A stretch of 64,000 nucleotides of DNA. Origin: Mobula hypostoma. Taxonomy: Eukaryota. A model generated the notes under the pieces. It was not told where the DNA came from. It ran no database searches and worked only from the letters and a program-made list of their open reading frames with translations. A program made the translations under genes and the position numbers. Where the stretch lies: NCBI RefSeq assembly GCF_963921235.1, contig NC_086097.1, positions 232,006,001-232,070,000 on the forward strand, in the 5' to 3' direction. Shown piece by piece: positions 48,601 to 61,377 of the stretch (position 1 is the first letter of the stretch; each line of letters opens with the position of its first letter).

Positions 48601-49268
48601 GTTGTTGTCAGCTCTTTGAGGTTGGTGGACGCGTCCCGCGGGGATTGATCGGCGAGTCGCGTCGTCGGGCACTCCGGGTCGGGCCGAGTGACAGGGGAGG
48701 CTCCACTGCCACTTCCAGCTGCCGGGGGCCCAGGCTGTCGATTGGGCCAGGCTCCTGGCCGAAACAAGTCCGTAAGCCGAGTCACAGTTGCGGAGGCCTC
48801 CGCTCCAGCCGAGCCTCGGGCTCGATTTCCAAGGTCGGTGACGGAGGCCTTACTTTTGGCAGTTGTGGATGGCCACCAACGGGGCTTTACAGTGGTTGCT
48901 CCAAGGAAGCGTCTGGGGCACCTTGAGGTCTCCGCCATCACTTTTGTGTGGTCGGCTGCTCCAGAGCGGTGCTGGTCAGAATGGGCTGTGTCTCCAAGCT
49001 CTCTGGCATGGTAGCAGGCCACGGGTCTCCAGGAACATGGTGGGCCTCGGACCAGGCCTCGCTGGTCGGGTCCAGGTGCGGTCTGGAGTTTAAGAAGTAA
49101 TTCTGGCGTGGTGGTCTCCAGCTGGGTCAGTAGCTTTGCCAGGGTGTTGTTGATCTTGCTAGATGTAGCAGTTTGGAGGTTTAGAAGGGTTTCTCGGGTA
49201 TAGGGTAGTGTAGATAGCAGTTTGCTCGGGAGTGAACACGCAGAGTCGCCAGTTACCTGCACCATCTT
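45688..49268 (-). mobile_element. Rex1/Babar-type LINE with both ends present; APE and RT ORF disrupted by frameshifts
   Basis: 5' aagatgg head; APE 48013-48672 (LANVQAIENK…FTETWL…GGGVC…VYIPP…GDFN); RT 45932-47086 (NDYRPVALT…[10 protein letters not shown]…KFADDT); (ataaagt)n tail; 5-bp TSD catta (45683-87 and 49280-84). Confidence 0.93.
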
Positions 49269-49365
49269 AATGAAAAAAACATTAATGCAAGTATCTAATC
49301 AGCCAATCATGTAGCACCAACTGAATGTATGAAGGCATGCAGACATGGTCAAGAAGTTCAATTAC

Positions 49366-50575
49366 AAACTTGAGAAAGTCTGCAGATGCTGGAAATCGAA
49401 AGCAACACACACGCAAACAAAATGCTGAAGGAACTCAGTAGGTCAGGTGGCATTTATGGAAAGGAATAAACAGTCGATGTTTCGGGCCAAGATCCCTTCT
49501 TCAGGATTGAGAAGGAGGAAGATGCCAGAGTAAAGAAGGTAGTGGGGGGGGGGAGAGGGGAAGGAGGCTAGTTGGAAGGTAATAGGTGAAGGCAGGTGGG
49601 TGGGAAAGAACATAGAACATAGAATAGTACAGCACAGTACAGGCCCTTTGGCCCACAATGTTGTGCCGACCCTCAAACCCTGCCTCCCATATATGCCCCT
49701 AACTTAAATTCCTCCATATACCGGTCCAGTAGTCTCTTAAACTTCACTAGTGTATCTGCCTCCACCACTGACTCAGGCAGTGCATTCCACGCACCAACCA
49801 CTCTCTGAGTAAAAAACCTTCCTCTAATATCCCCCTTGAACTTCCCACCCCTTATCTTAAAGCCATGTCCTCTTGTATTGAGCAGTGGTGCCCTGGGGAA
49901 GAGGCGCTGGCTATCCACTCTATCCATTCCTCTTATTATCTTGTATACCTCTATCACGTCTCCTCTCATCCTCCTTCTCTCCAAAGAGAAAAGCCCTAGC
50001 TCCCTTCATCTCTGATCATAATGCATACTCTCTAAACCAGGCAGCATCCTGGTAAATCTCCTCTGTACCCTTTCCAATGCTTCCACATCCTTCCTATAGT
50101 GAGGCGCCAGAACTGGACACAGTACTCCAAGTGTGGCCTAACCAGAGTTTAATAGAGCTGCATCATTACATTGCGACTCTTAAACTCTATCCCTTGACTT
50201 ATGAAAGCTAACACCCCATAAGCTTTCTTAACTACCCTATCCACCTGTGAGGCAACTTTCAGGGATCTGTGGACATGTACCCCCAGATCCCTCTGCTCCT
50301 CCACACTACCAAGTATCCTGCCATTTACTTTGTACTCTGCCTTGGAGTTTGTCCTTCCAAAGTTCAAGTGCTGGAGAAGGAAGTATCTGATAAGAAAGAA
50401 GAGTGGACCATCGGAGAACAGGAAGGAGGAGGGGACCCGGGGGAAGTAATAGGCAGGTGAGAAGAAGTGAAAGGTTTACTGGAAAGAGAAATTAATGTTC
50501 ATACCATCAGGTTGGAGGATACCCAGATGGAATATAAAGTATTGTTCCTCTACCCTGAGAGTGGCCTTATCTGGA
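49366..50575 (-). mobile_element. Penelope-like 3' end interrupted by CR1; near-intact hammerhead at 49472-49508
   Basis: - strand reads aatc-CTGAAGA-agggatcttggccc-GAAA-ca-TC^gact. EEQY…LGILQPDGMN remnant at about 50495-50550. Confidence 0.8.
49607..50362 (-). mobile_element. CR1 LINE 3' fragment, same young subfamily as 16495-17893
   Basis: ORFs 49673-49984 and 50149-50367 are nearly identical in protein to the 17150-17890 region. Confidence 0.92.
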
Positions 50576-50964
50576 CACATCTAAATGACTTTGCACATGG
50601 AGTGATTGTTGGTGCCTGAGTTGGTGGTTTGAAAACCTCAGAAACTGCTGATCATTTGAGGGTTTCACATGTAAGTCTCTAGAATTTACAGAGAATAGTG
50701 TGTAAAATGAAAAAAAGGCCATCCAGTGAACAGCATTTCTGTTGGCAAAAATGCTTTTTTAATGAGAGAGGTCAGAGGAGAATGGCCAGACTGATTCAAG
50801 CTGACAGGAAGGCAGCAGTAACTCAAATAACCTTGTGTTACAGCTGTGGTGTGCAGAACAGCATCTCTGAATGTACAACACGCTGAACCTTGAAACGGAT
50901 GGGCGACAGCAGCAGGAGACCATGAACATACTCTCATTGCTCGCTTTATTAGGTGCAGGAGCAG

Positions 50965-51530
50965 ATGCTGGTATGATCTTCTGCTGCTGGTTCATAATCT
51001 GATACTTAAAGGGAGATAAGTTCCTGAACCTGTTGATGTGGGACCTAATGCTCCTTTATGTTATTTCCAACAGCGGCAGTGAGAAGAGAGTAGGGTCAGG
51101 CTGTTGAGGGGCCTTGAAGGTGGATTCTGCTTTCTTGCGACAGCATTCCTCGTAGATGTGCTCAGCAGTGGGGAGGACTGGGCTGAATCCACCACTTTTT
51201 GTAGGCTTTGGTGTTTCCATTCTAGGCTGTGATGCATCCATTCGGGATACTCTCCACTGTGCATCCTGTCAAAGTTTTAGATGGCAAGCCAAAACTGCGC
51301 AAACCTTTAAGGAAGTAAAGGCAGTACCATGCCTACCTTGTAATGGCACTTAAGTGCAGGTCCCAGAAAGATCTTCTGAAATGATACCACAAAGGAATTT
51401 AAAGTTACTGATGCTCTTCACCTCCAATCCCCTAATGTGGGCTGGTTCGTGGACCCCCGGTTTCTTCCTCCTGTAGTCAAAAATCAGCTCTTTGATTTTT
51501 GCTGATGTTGAGTGAGAGGTTGTTGTGCAT
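50965..51530 (-). mobile_element. Decayed Rex1-type RT C-terminal fragment
   Basis: LQKVVDSAQ and TLFSLPL remnants (ORFs 51056-51264). Confidence 0.55.
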
Positions 51531-51560
51531 GGACGGAAGGCGGCACTTTCTCAAGGCAAC

Positions 51561-52218
51561 AGATTAGATTAGATTATGAGGACTCGCAGTCCTCTTTTAT
51601 TGTCATTTAGTAATGCATGCATTAAGAAATGATACAATTTGTTCCTCCAGAATGATACCACAGAAACACAATACAAACCAAGACTAAAAATAAACTGACA
51701 AAAACCACATAATTATAACATATAGTTACAACAGTGCGAAGCAATACCATAATTTGATGAAGAACAGACCATGGGCATGGTAAAAAAGAAGTCTCAAAGT
51801 CTCTCGAAAGTCCTATCATCTCACGCAGATCCCTGCCATGAGCTTTCAGCGCTGCAAACTTGCCGATGCAGCATCCTGGAAACACCTGACCACAGTCCGA
51901 CTCTGAGTCCGTCCAAAAACTTCGAGCCTCTGAACAGCCCTCTGACACCGAGCACCGAGCACCATCTCTGCCGAGCGCTTCGTCCCCGGCCCTGGCAACG
52001 GGCAATAGGCAAAGTCGAGGATTTGGGGCCTTCCCCTCCGGCGATTCTCGATCGCACAGTAGCAGCGGCAGTGAAGCGGGCATTTCAGAAGTTTCTCCAA
52101 ATGTTCCTCCGTGCTTCTCACGCCCGTCTCCATCAAATCAGGATTGTGCACGGCCCCTATTTAACAAATACGATATCAATTTGGAGTGGCTGCGCGCGCT
52201 GCGTCACGCCGCCATCTT
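51561..52218 (-). mobile_element. Family A non-autonomous element (full length)
   Basis: Reverse complement of 3914-4543, from the aagatggcggcg head to the (aatct)n tail. Confidence 0.85.
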
Positions 52219-52299
52219 CTTCTCCCCTCCAACTTGCTTTTTGCTGTGTGAAACACCAATCTAAAGGAGAAAAAAAAATGATATTAATCTAAACAACAC

Positions 52300-54800
52300 C
52301 ACTATGTCATGAAATTGATAATTTAGCAGTAGCAGTACAAGTATAAAAACAAAACTGAATTACAGTAAGTATATATATATATTAAATAGTTCAGTTGAAA
52401 TAAGTAGTGAAAAAAAACCAGAAATTTAAAAGGTGAAGTTGTGTATATGGTTTCAATGCCCATTTTGGAATCGGACACCAGAGGAGGAGAAGAAGCTGTT
52501 CCTGAATTGCCAAGTGTGTGCCTTTAGGCTTCTGTACCTCCTTCCTGATGGTAGCAATGAGAAGAGGGTATGTCCTGAGTGATCGGGTACTTAATAATGG
52601 ACACCACCCTTTCTGAGGCATCGCTCCTTGAAAACATCTTGGATACTACTTAGGCTAATACCCAGATGGAGCTGACTAATTTTATAACTTTCTGTAGCTT
52701 TTTACGATCCTGTGCAATAGCCCCCTCAGACCAGACAGTGATCCAGCCTGTCAGAATGTTCTCCATGGTACATCTTGTAGAAGTGTTTGAGTATTTTAGT
52801 TGACGAACCAAATCTCTTCAAACTCCTAATGAAATGTAGCTGCTGTGTTGCCTTCTTCATAGCTGCATTGATATGTTGGGACCAGGTTAGGTCCTCAGAG
52901 ATCTCGACACCCAGGAACTTGAAATTGCTCACTCTCTCCACTTCTGATCCCTCTATGAGGATTGGTTCATGTTCCCTCATCTTACCTTTTCTGAAGTCCA
53001 CAATCATCTCTTTGGTCTTACTGACATTGAGTGCAAGGTTTTTGCTGTGACACCACTCAACTAGTTGATATCTTGCTCCTGTACACGCTCTCATTTCCAT
53101 CTGAGATTCTGCCAACAGTGGTTTTATCATCAGCAAAGTTTTAGATGGTATTTAAGCTATACTTAGTCACACAGTCATGGGTATAGAGAGAGTAGAACAG
53201 TGGGCTAAGCACACACCCCTGAAGTGTGCCAGTGTTGATTGTCATCAAGGAGAAGATGTTATTACCAGTCTGCACAGATGGTGGTCTTCCGGTTTTGAAG
53301 TCAAAATCCAATTGCAGAGGTAGGTACTGATGTCTCCCACTGTAGCTTTTCAATCAGGACTGCAGGAATGATGGTGTTAAATGCTGAGCTACAGTCAATG
53401 AACATAGGTGTTTGTGTTGTCCAGGTGATCTAAGGCTGTTTGAAGAGCCAATAGGATTGCATCTGCCGTTGACCTATTGTAGTGACAGGCAAATTGCTGT
53501 GGGTCCAGGTCCTTGCTGAGGCAGGAATTCATTCTAGCCATGACTAACATCTCAAAGCATTTCATCATCACTGTAGAGGTGCGTGCTACTGTGCAATAGT
53601 CATTAAGGCAGCTCACATGACTCTTCTTGGGTACTGGTATAGTTGTTGCCCTTTTGACCGTAGCAGTGAGAAGTTGAAAATATCTTTGACTGCACTAGCC
53701 ATGAGTTTTCAGAGCCTTACCAGGTACTCCATTGGGGCCGACCGCCTTGCGAGGGTTCACCCTCCTGAAAGACAGCCTGACATTGGCCTCCGAGACACCA
53801 GGTGCAGCAGAGATCTTTACAGCTGTAGCTATATTCTCCAAAGCAGGCATAAAAGGCATTGAGCTCATCCGGTAGTGAAGCATCTCTGCCATTCATGATG
53901 TTGGGTTTTGCTTTGAAGGAAGTAATGTCCTGCAAACCCTGACAGAGCATCTGACCTCGCCTCCAACCTCACTCGGATCTGTTTCTTCGCTCTTGAAATA
54001 GCTCTCCACAAGTCATACTTGGTTTTGTTGTGCTGACTTGGGTCGCCAGACTTAAAAGCCACAGATCTGGCCCTCAGCAGACAATGAACCTCTTGGTTCA
54101 TTCAAGGCTTTTGGTTTGGTACAGCAAGTTTTTGTAGGCACACACTCATCCCCACAGGTTCTAATGAAATCGATAAACAATCTGGCATACTCATCCAGAT
54201 TCGATGATGAATTCCCTAAATACAGTCCATTCCACCGATTCAAAGCAGTTCTGTAAGCGCGTCTGTGCTTCCCTTGTCTGTACCTCCTTAGTCCTCACTG
54301 CTGGTGCTGTAGTCGTCAGTCTCTGCCTATACTCAGGAAGAAGATGTACAGACAGGTGATCAGACTTTCCGAAATGTGGGCGTGGAATAGCATGATAGAC
54401 ATTCTTGCTGGTGGTGTAACAGTGGTCCAGTGTGTTGCTTCCTCTGGTATTACAAGTGATCTGTTAATGATAATTATTTAGTGACATTTTCAAGCTGGCC
54501 TGGTTAAAATCCCCCATACTGATGGGGAAGGTGTCAGGGTGTGCTGTTTCATATCTGCTGATCACAACGCTCAGATCACCTGTTTGACGTCGGCCTGAGG
54601 TGGAATGTACACTGCTATCAAAATGATCGCTGAAATCTCCCAAGGCAGGTAAGCTGGGCAACATTTCATTGCAAGATACTCTATGTCTGGTGAGCAGAAT
54701 TGGGACATCACTGACACGTTTGTGCACCGAGAGGAGTTGATCACGAGGCATACACCTCCACCTCTGCTTTTGAGAGACTCGACAGTCCTATCTTGACGTC
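52300..54800 (-). mobile_element. Older Rex1/Babar-type LINE (APE and RT pseudogene)
   Basis: ORFs 54464-54751 (MGDFNQA), 53695-53892 (NPRKAVGPNGVPG), 53395-53616 (CLNDY…KCFE), 53141-53353 (QGCVLSPL) and 52726-53136 (LNVSKTKE…FKFLGV). Confidence 0.88.
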
Positions 54801-55119
54801 AGGATAGTGAACTGGTCAATCGGAATCTGATAATTTGCCAAATTCTAGTGTGTTCTAGGCTAATTGACCAACCTCTCCTCAAACGACTCTTCTACCATCC
54901 CTGGAATCAGTTTGGTGAACGTTTTTATGGTAAGGATGCATACAATACTCCAGTCGTGATTTTACTAAGGCTCAATATAATGTAGACAGATAAGCTTACA
55001 GTTCTGTGGTAAATCAAGATTCCTTTCAGTATGTCATTGTTTCTTAATCTATTATTACTTAAATGATAATTTTCAATTCTGTTCTCCCTGTCAAAGTAGA
55101 TAATTTCATATTTACCCAG

Positions 55120-56205
55120 CATGGCAATGTAGCAGTTAGCATAATGCTCTACAGCACCAGCAATTTAAAGATTGGGGTTCAAATCCTACCATTGTCCCTA
55201 AGGAGTTTGTATGTTCTCCCTGTTATTATATAGGTTTCCCCCAGGGTTCTCCAGTGTCCCCTCACATACCAAAGACATATGGGTCAGGGTTAGTAAGTTG
55301 TGGGCATGCTGTGTTGATTTCTGGTCAAAATGGTCGACATCTTCTGGATAGATCATGAAACCATCTTTTTCACTTCTTTTATGTCTTTTATGTTTGTTTC
55401 TCTTCTTGAATGTGATTCTCGAACTGCTGGAGTCCATGTTTTGCTGCTTGGAAATCATTTGGGTGTTCCAGTGCTCTGCAGTCTCCAAGAGGATTCTAGG
55501 AGGAAGATCCAGCGTGCGTGAACCTCGTAGCGGGTGAGCTGTGGGAGGGGGGGCGCAAGCTGATCTTTGGCTCCATTTCGCTGATTAAAGCTGCCATTGT
55601 TCGCCAATTAAAGCGATGAGCGAGACTGAAGCATTAAAGCAAGTGCAGAGGGTGAGCGCCGGCTGCCTGCCTCTTGATCGGTTGCTCTGAACCAGAGAGG
55701 GGAGAGTCTGCTGTTGCTCCCGGTACAGAGTTAACTAGGTTTCTTTTCTGTGTTTTGGATGTGGACTTATAAAAACAGAATATAAAAACTATAAAACTGA
55801 AAAATAGAGTCTATAGTCCAGACTCTATTTTTCAGTTTTATAGTTTTTATATTCTGTGTTTTTTTTTTGCCCGATCTTCTTGATTTTTTTGGAGAGGGGG
55901 ATTTGGGGGTTGATGTGCCTGTTCCATTATGGTTCTTTTTATTTGAGAGGAGCTGTGATTTGGGATTGATGATCATGCCATCTTTGCTTTTATTTCTTTG
56001 TTTCATGACTAGCAGGAGAATTGAAGAATTTCAGAGTTGTACACTTTGATAATAAATAAACCTTTCAAACTTTGAACCTTTGCAAAGCATGGTGGCACTT
56101 ACCATCTGCCCCCAGTACATCCTCGGACTGTGTTGGCTGTTGATGCAAACAACATATTCCACTTTTTTTTTGATGTTTTGAAGCACATATGACAAATAAA
56201 ACTAA
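55120..56205 (+). mobile_element. V-SINE interrupted by a family-B-type element (about 55325-56082)
   Basis: tRNA-like head and V-domain at 55120-55310, tail resuming at 56083. The insert ends actttgataataaa…actttgaacctttg. Confidence 0.7.
55775..55857. repeat. Perfect 38-bp inverted repeat with 7-nt spacer
   Basis: acagaatataaaaactataaaactgaaaaatagagtct (55775-55812) and its exact reverse complement (55820-55857). Confidence 0.95.
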
Positions 56206-57147
56206 TTTTTAACAATTTGATTGTTGAGATTGAGTCTTTACTCATGTAATATTGCATCTGCCATATAACTGCCCACTTACTCAGTTTGTCTAAATTGACA
56301 AACTTTTACCAAAGCTAGCCTCTTGTAGGTTTAATGAATTATGTTGTTGTGATATTTTGTTTTCCTCTGTTTTTCTGTATAAGAGAAGAGTAACTTGGCC
56401 TTTAGAACATAGAATAGTACAGCACAGTACAGGCCCTTCGGCCCACAATGTTGTGCGACCCTCAAACCCTGCCTCCCATATAATCCCCCACCTTAAATTC
56501 CTCCATATATCTGTCGAGTAGTTTAGACAAAAACTTCTGCTAGAAAACTGATGTGTATGTATAGGGGTGGGCTGAGCTGCAGTGACTCTTGTTGTCAAGT
56601 AGGCCACCAACATTCAAGAGAGCTGATTTTAATACAGATGGGTAGTGGACCCTAGACCATTGCAAGGTCCGGGGACACAAGAGATTCTGCAAGTGCTGGA
56701 AACCTTGAGCAACACATGCAGGATGCTGGAGGAACTCAGCAGGTAAGACAACATCTATAAAGGGAAATAAGCAGTCCATGTTTCTGGCCGAGACTATACA
56801 TCAGGATGAAGGGTCAAGGGTCAGTCCTTGACTACATTCGATCATGCAGGTACCCAGTTATTCTCAAATGGGAGACAACTCCTGCAAAATTTAGAACTTA
56901 AGGGGAGAAAGAGGCAACTGGCAGTGTGAACCTTGGACTGACTAGCAGCAGGTAAATAGCTCTTTTTGAACAAGGAAGCTGTTGGCCTGGGCTCAAGCTG
57001 AAAGGAAATGAACATTTCTCAGCTCATTTTCTGAAAGGATTCATGTTGCCCAATGCAGATAGACTGTGCACCTCAAGATTAACCCATCCTGATCATAAGA
57101 CTCCTGCCAGGATTTATCAGGGCCAGGAATATTTATTACCTTGTGAC

Positions 57148-57521
57148 CAATTTTCCCTCTAAATTTTAGTAGTCAGTGTGTGCAAAAATCTAATATTGTG
57201 CAAATTTTTTTTCCTGTGACAAAAGTATGTGCGCACTGAATGCATACATGGCTCTGTTTACGTAGGTTTACAAAATATTTGACATAACACTGCACAGAAT
57301 AATAACGAAATAACATACATATTTAAGCCACTCAGTTATTTTTTCTCTCTCCTGTCTTTGGCATTTATCCATTCTTTGTAGACTCTATCTAGATTAATAG
57401 AATTATTAATTACTACATTATTTTAGGTAACTAACCTTCTGTGTGCACATTAACTTCCTTTGTGCGCTGGCTGAAAAACGTGTGCGCACACGCACATGCA
57501 CACAGCTTAGGGGGAACATAG
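57148..57521. mobile_element. Non-autonomous hAT-type DNA transposon
   Basis: Imperfect TIRs caattttccctctaa / ttagggggaacatag and an 8-bp TSD cttgtgac / cctgtgac (57140-47 and 57522-29). Confidence 0.75.
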
Positions 57522-58642
57522 CCTGTGACCAACGTTTATAACTTCGCGCACTGCAATTCCGAGTTGATTCCACAACCTACAGACTCACTTTTAAGGTCTC
57601 TGCAATTCCCGTTCCCAGTGTTATTTATTTTTCATTTGCATAGTTTGCCTTCTTTTGCACATTGATTGTTTCTCAGTGTTTGTTAATGTAGAGTTTTTTG
57701 TAAGTTCCATTTATTTCTTTATTTTTCTGTAAATACCTGGAAGAAAATGAACCTCAAGATAGTATGTGGTAACATATAAATAATCTGATAATAAATTTAC
57801 TTTGAATTTTGACTTTGAGGATTCTGTTGAATCTCAACTCCTTTTAAAAGCTAGATATTAAAGTCACCTGCGTAAGGACCTCACCTCAGGTTTCCACACT
57901 TGGAGTAAGTATGGGAAGTAAGAGATCTGTGCTTTAATGACTTTCCCATTTAGACCAGGCGGAGATTTAAAAATTCACCTCCCGACATAATGGTGAAAGT
58001 TAGTGATGATGGACAAGAAGGCTGAAGCCATTGGTACCTTGGAATGGGTCAAAAATTTCATGATGGAAGAGGTGAAAGGAAGAAGAATGGACATTGTATA
58101 CAAATTATAAAGTAATACATTGCATAATGATTTTAATAATTGTTTTAAATTAAATAAGAACTGGGCAGACCATTCTGTGATGACAATGTTGTCTTAGCCA
58201 AATCACAGTATAATTTGCCCAATCACAGTATTTGACATTTGCTGTTCAAACAGACTTCCATATTATCTACCTGCAGTAGTCATACTACTTCTGCTGATTG
58301 TTTTGACAATGTCATTCCTATCTAATGTAAACCATGGTTGTCATTCTGATTAGCTAAATTAATCTATATTAATTGCACTAAATACACTATCTGTATAAAT
58401 ACATTACCCAATCAAGGCATGGCTGTTAAGCAATCTACAGGTGGCTTGCACAAACCTGAATAGATCAGATCAGACAGGAAGAATTTTGCGCCTAATCTTC
58501 TTCCTTATGACTACAGTTAATTGCGTTTTAGCTCTTTCCATTTCCAACACGCCAACTGTATCACCTCAATAGAATAATGGATATTGACTGACTTACATGC
58601 ACTAAGTTTACAAAATCAACTTCATCAAATGCTTTATAAAAT

Positions 58643-59081
58643 ACTAAGAACATATAGGGTAAGATAACATATAGGGTAACACTAAGAACATATAGAGTAA
58701 GATAACATATAGGGTAACACTAAGAACATATAGGTAAGATAACATATAGGGTAACACCAAGAACATATTGGGTAAGATAACATATAGGGTAACACTAAGA
58801 ACATATAGGGTAAGATAACATATAGGGTAACATAAAGAATATATAGGGCAAGATAACATATAGGGTAACACTAAGAACATATAGAGTAAGATAACATATA
58901 GGGTAACACTAAGAACATATAGGTAAGATAACATATAGGGTAACACCAAGAACATATTGGGTAAGATAACATATAGGGTAACACTAAGAACATATAGGGT
59001 AAGATAACATATAGGGTAACATAAAGAATATATAGGGCAAGATAACATATAGGGTAACACTAAGAACATATAGGGTAAGAT
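58643..59081. repeat. 38-bp minisatellite (about 11.6 units) with a 189-bp higher-order repeat
   Basis: Unit actaagaacatatagggtaagataacatatagggtaac. Five variant units are repeated exactly (58681-58869 and 58870-59058). Confidence 0.95.
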
Positions 59082-59121
59082 GCTGAGATACATCCTAAGA
59101 TGCACTGGGCCACATCATCAG

Positions 59122-60022
59122 TGATGTAACCTGGGGTCATTGGGTGTTTCAGGTTTTTCAACATCAGACAGCTTCACCCAGGCAACCCAGCTGTTGGCTA
59201 GAAGAAACTGCAGTCTGATCAAGGACAGGAGAAGCAGACAAGTTACTTTGTTTCCCCCATTTTGTGGGCTCTGAACAGTTTCTTGCTCTTGGATAGTCTA
59301 ATCAGAGCAACTGAACGTGGACATAGGAAGCTTCAGGTAATGACCTGCTAAACCTGAGACCATCTTCAAACAAATAGCCATTTGTTACGTAAAGGACATG
59401 GACTCTGAAATGATCCTTGCTCCGGGACAATCTAATCAGAGCAATATCCCTGAGACCATTCTCAGAGTAGCTACTGGTTTTGCAAAATGCCAGACCTGCA
59501 ATCGGTAATCTCGTTAGACTCGGTCTGGGTTGCCTCATTTAAGTGGGTTGGACCAGTCAAAGTATAAAGACACAAACACACAAGGCTGGGGTGGGCAGAG
59601 CCATGGAACAATGTTGGCTGTAGCCCTGGACAATGACCAGTAAGAAGGTGACCCAGGTAGGTCAGGTGATCTTGAGCCAATGGAGTGGAGATCCAATGGT
59701 TCAATTGTATAAGAGTCAGGAGCTCCAAATTCACAGGGGCGATAACTCTCCAGCAGCCAGAGACCAACCACCGCCGATAAGGAAGACCCCGCGGACACAT
59801 GGAGATCGGGACCACGAGGAACGCCTAGCCGGCATAGATTCTTTTCCTGGGTAATATCCTTTTCTCTTCATTGACTGTTCATGGACTGTCAGGGAATTCT
59901 AGTAGGGTGCACACAGAGACAGTTCGTGAACCCACGTACTTTTAGTTGAAACAATAAAAGTTACTTGCTGGTAACTACAGATTCTCTGTGCCTCATTATT
60001 ACAAGGGGTGATTCTTGAAACA
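59122..60022 (+). mobile_element. Probable solo LTR (about 0.9 kb)
   Basis: tg…ca ends, tataaa at 59563, aataaa at 59953, internal duplicated motif tctaatcagagcaa. TSD unclear. Confidence 0.55.
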
Positions 60023-60824
60023 CAGCCATGGTTGATCAGGCCTCAGCTTGTGTCCCAGCAGCAGTGATCCACAGCTCATACCTCTTAATCCATAGCTATC
60101 TGGAGGCTCGCTCAGCAGTCTCTATGATGGTCCTGATGCCTCCACCCCTGTTATGCCAAGGAGAGAGTAGGTTCTGGAGAGCGAGCAGGCTGCAGAACCT
60201 ACATACCCCACCTCTAAAGGCTCACAACGTGCCCTTCACCCCTGTCTCTGCACTGTTCTGCCAGTTCCTATTTTACAAAATCACCTTTATCAAGTGTGTT
60301 ATAACATCAATAACATTTAGGATATGAAGAATTATTACAACCAAGCACAACTTGCCCTAAAAGAGCACAGCTGCCACTGGACATTTAGATCAGGTGCAAC
60401 TGATAGTGAACCGACTACACCAGCTTGGTCAGGTAGCTTACTGACAGTGCCAAAATGCAAATATGAATGTCTGTTGCAATTTGCAATGAGAGGCTAGAGA
60501 AATAACTTAAATAAAGATTCAAAGTACCTTTATTATCAAAGTATGCATGCTGTATACAACCCTGAGATTTGTCTTCTCACAGACAGCCATGAAACAAAGA
60601 AAACCATGGAACTTCAAAGAGAAACTTCTAACCCCCAACGCACAAAAAAAACTGAGCGAGAAACATAGAATACAAAACACCAAATCAGAAAGTAATCGAA
60701 GGAGTCCTGGCATATTCGGTTCAGCTCAGTTCGGTTCAATCCAGCGCTGTGTAGCTTGCTATCTGCATGCCGCATGATCAAAATCACTCCTAAACAGCAG
60801 CAAAAACAAGGAGTGAAGAGAAAC

Positions 60825-61232
60825 TCACTTTACACCACACGCTGTTGGAGCAGTGCTGCCCGGATAATCAAGGACACGACCCACCCAGCCAACACACTTT
60901 TCATCCCTCTTCCCTCCGGGAGAAGGCTCAGGAACTTGAAGACTCGTACAGCCAGATTTGGGAACAGCTTCTTTCCAACTGTGATAAGACTGCTGAACAG
61001 ATCCTGACCCGGATCTGGGCCGTACCCTCCAAATATCCTGACCTGCCTCTCGGTTTTCTTGCACTACCTTACTTTCCCTTTTCTATTTTCTATTTATGAT
61101 TTATAATTTAAAATTTTAATATTTACTATCAATTTGTACTCCTGGGAGCACGGAGAGCAGAATCAAATATCGCTGTGATGATTGTACGCTCTAGTATCAA
61201 TTGTTTGGCGACAATAAAGTATAAAGTAAAGT
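60825..61232 (+). mobile_element. 3' fragment of the same Rex1-type family as 45688-49268, inserted in a - strand family-B element
   Basis: Near-identical to the reverse complement of 45688-46083, with an (ataaagt)n tail. Confidence 0.9.
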
Positions 61233-61377
61233 AAACCAGAAACACATCATAATGTGAACTACAGAGTCGAATCCACACACAGAGATAGACTTAATCCTAT
61301 GGTTGACTAATAACATAATGAGTTGATAAGGTACATTTCACTTACCTAACTGTAAGACAGTTACATACAGTAAATTG

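Larger units (their letters stand above)
45640..50960 (+). mobile_element. Tc1-like transposon remnant broken into three pieces (45640-45687, 49280-49365, 50575-50960)
   Basis: The pieces join collinearly with the copy at 2189-2527. ORF 50698-50886 (ERGQRRMARLIQADRKA.VTQIT) is Tc1 transposase. Confidence 0.8.

Noticed and set aside
48558..49093. + strand GC-rich ORFs and a possible CpG-island promoter of a host gene
   Set aside because: They are antisense to the 5' region of the Rex1-type LINE, and the GC content explains the open frames.
58644..59105. 153-aa repetitive hydrophobic ORF, or a CRISPR-like array
   Set aside because: The ORF is a by-product of the minisatellite on a strand lacking stops. 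Repeats are head-to-tail with no unique spacers and no cas genes, in vertebrate DNA.
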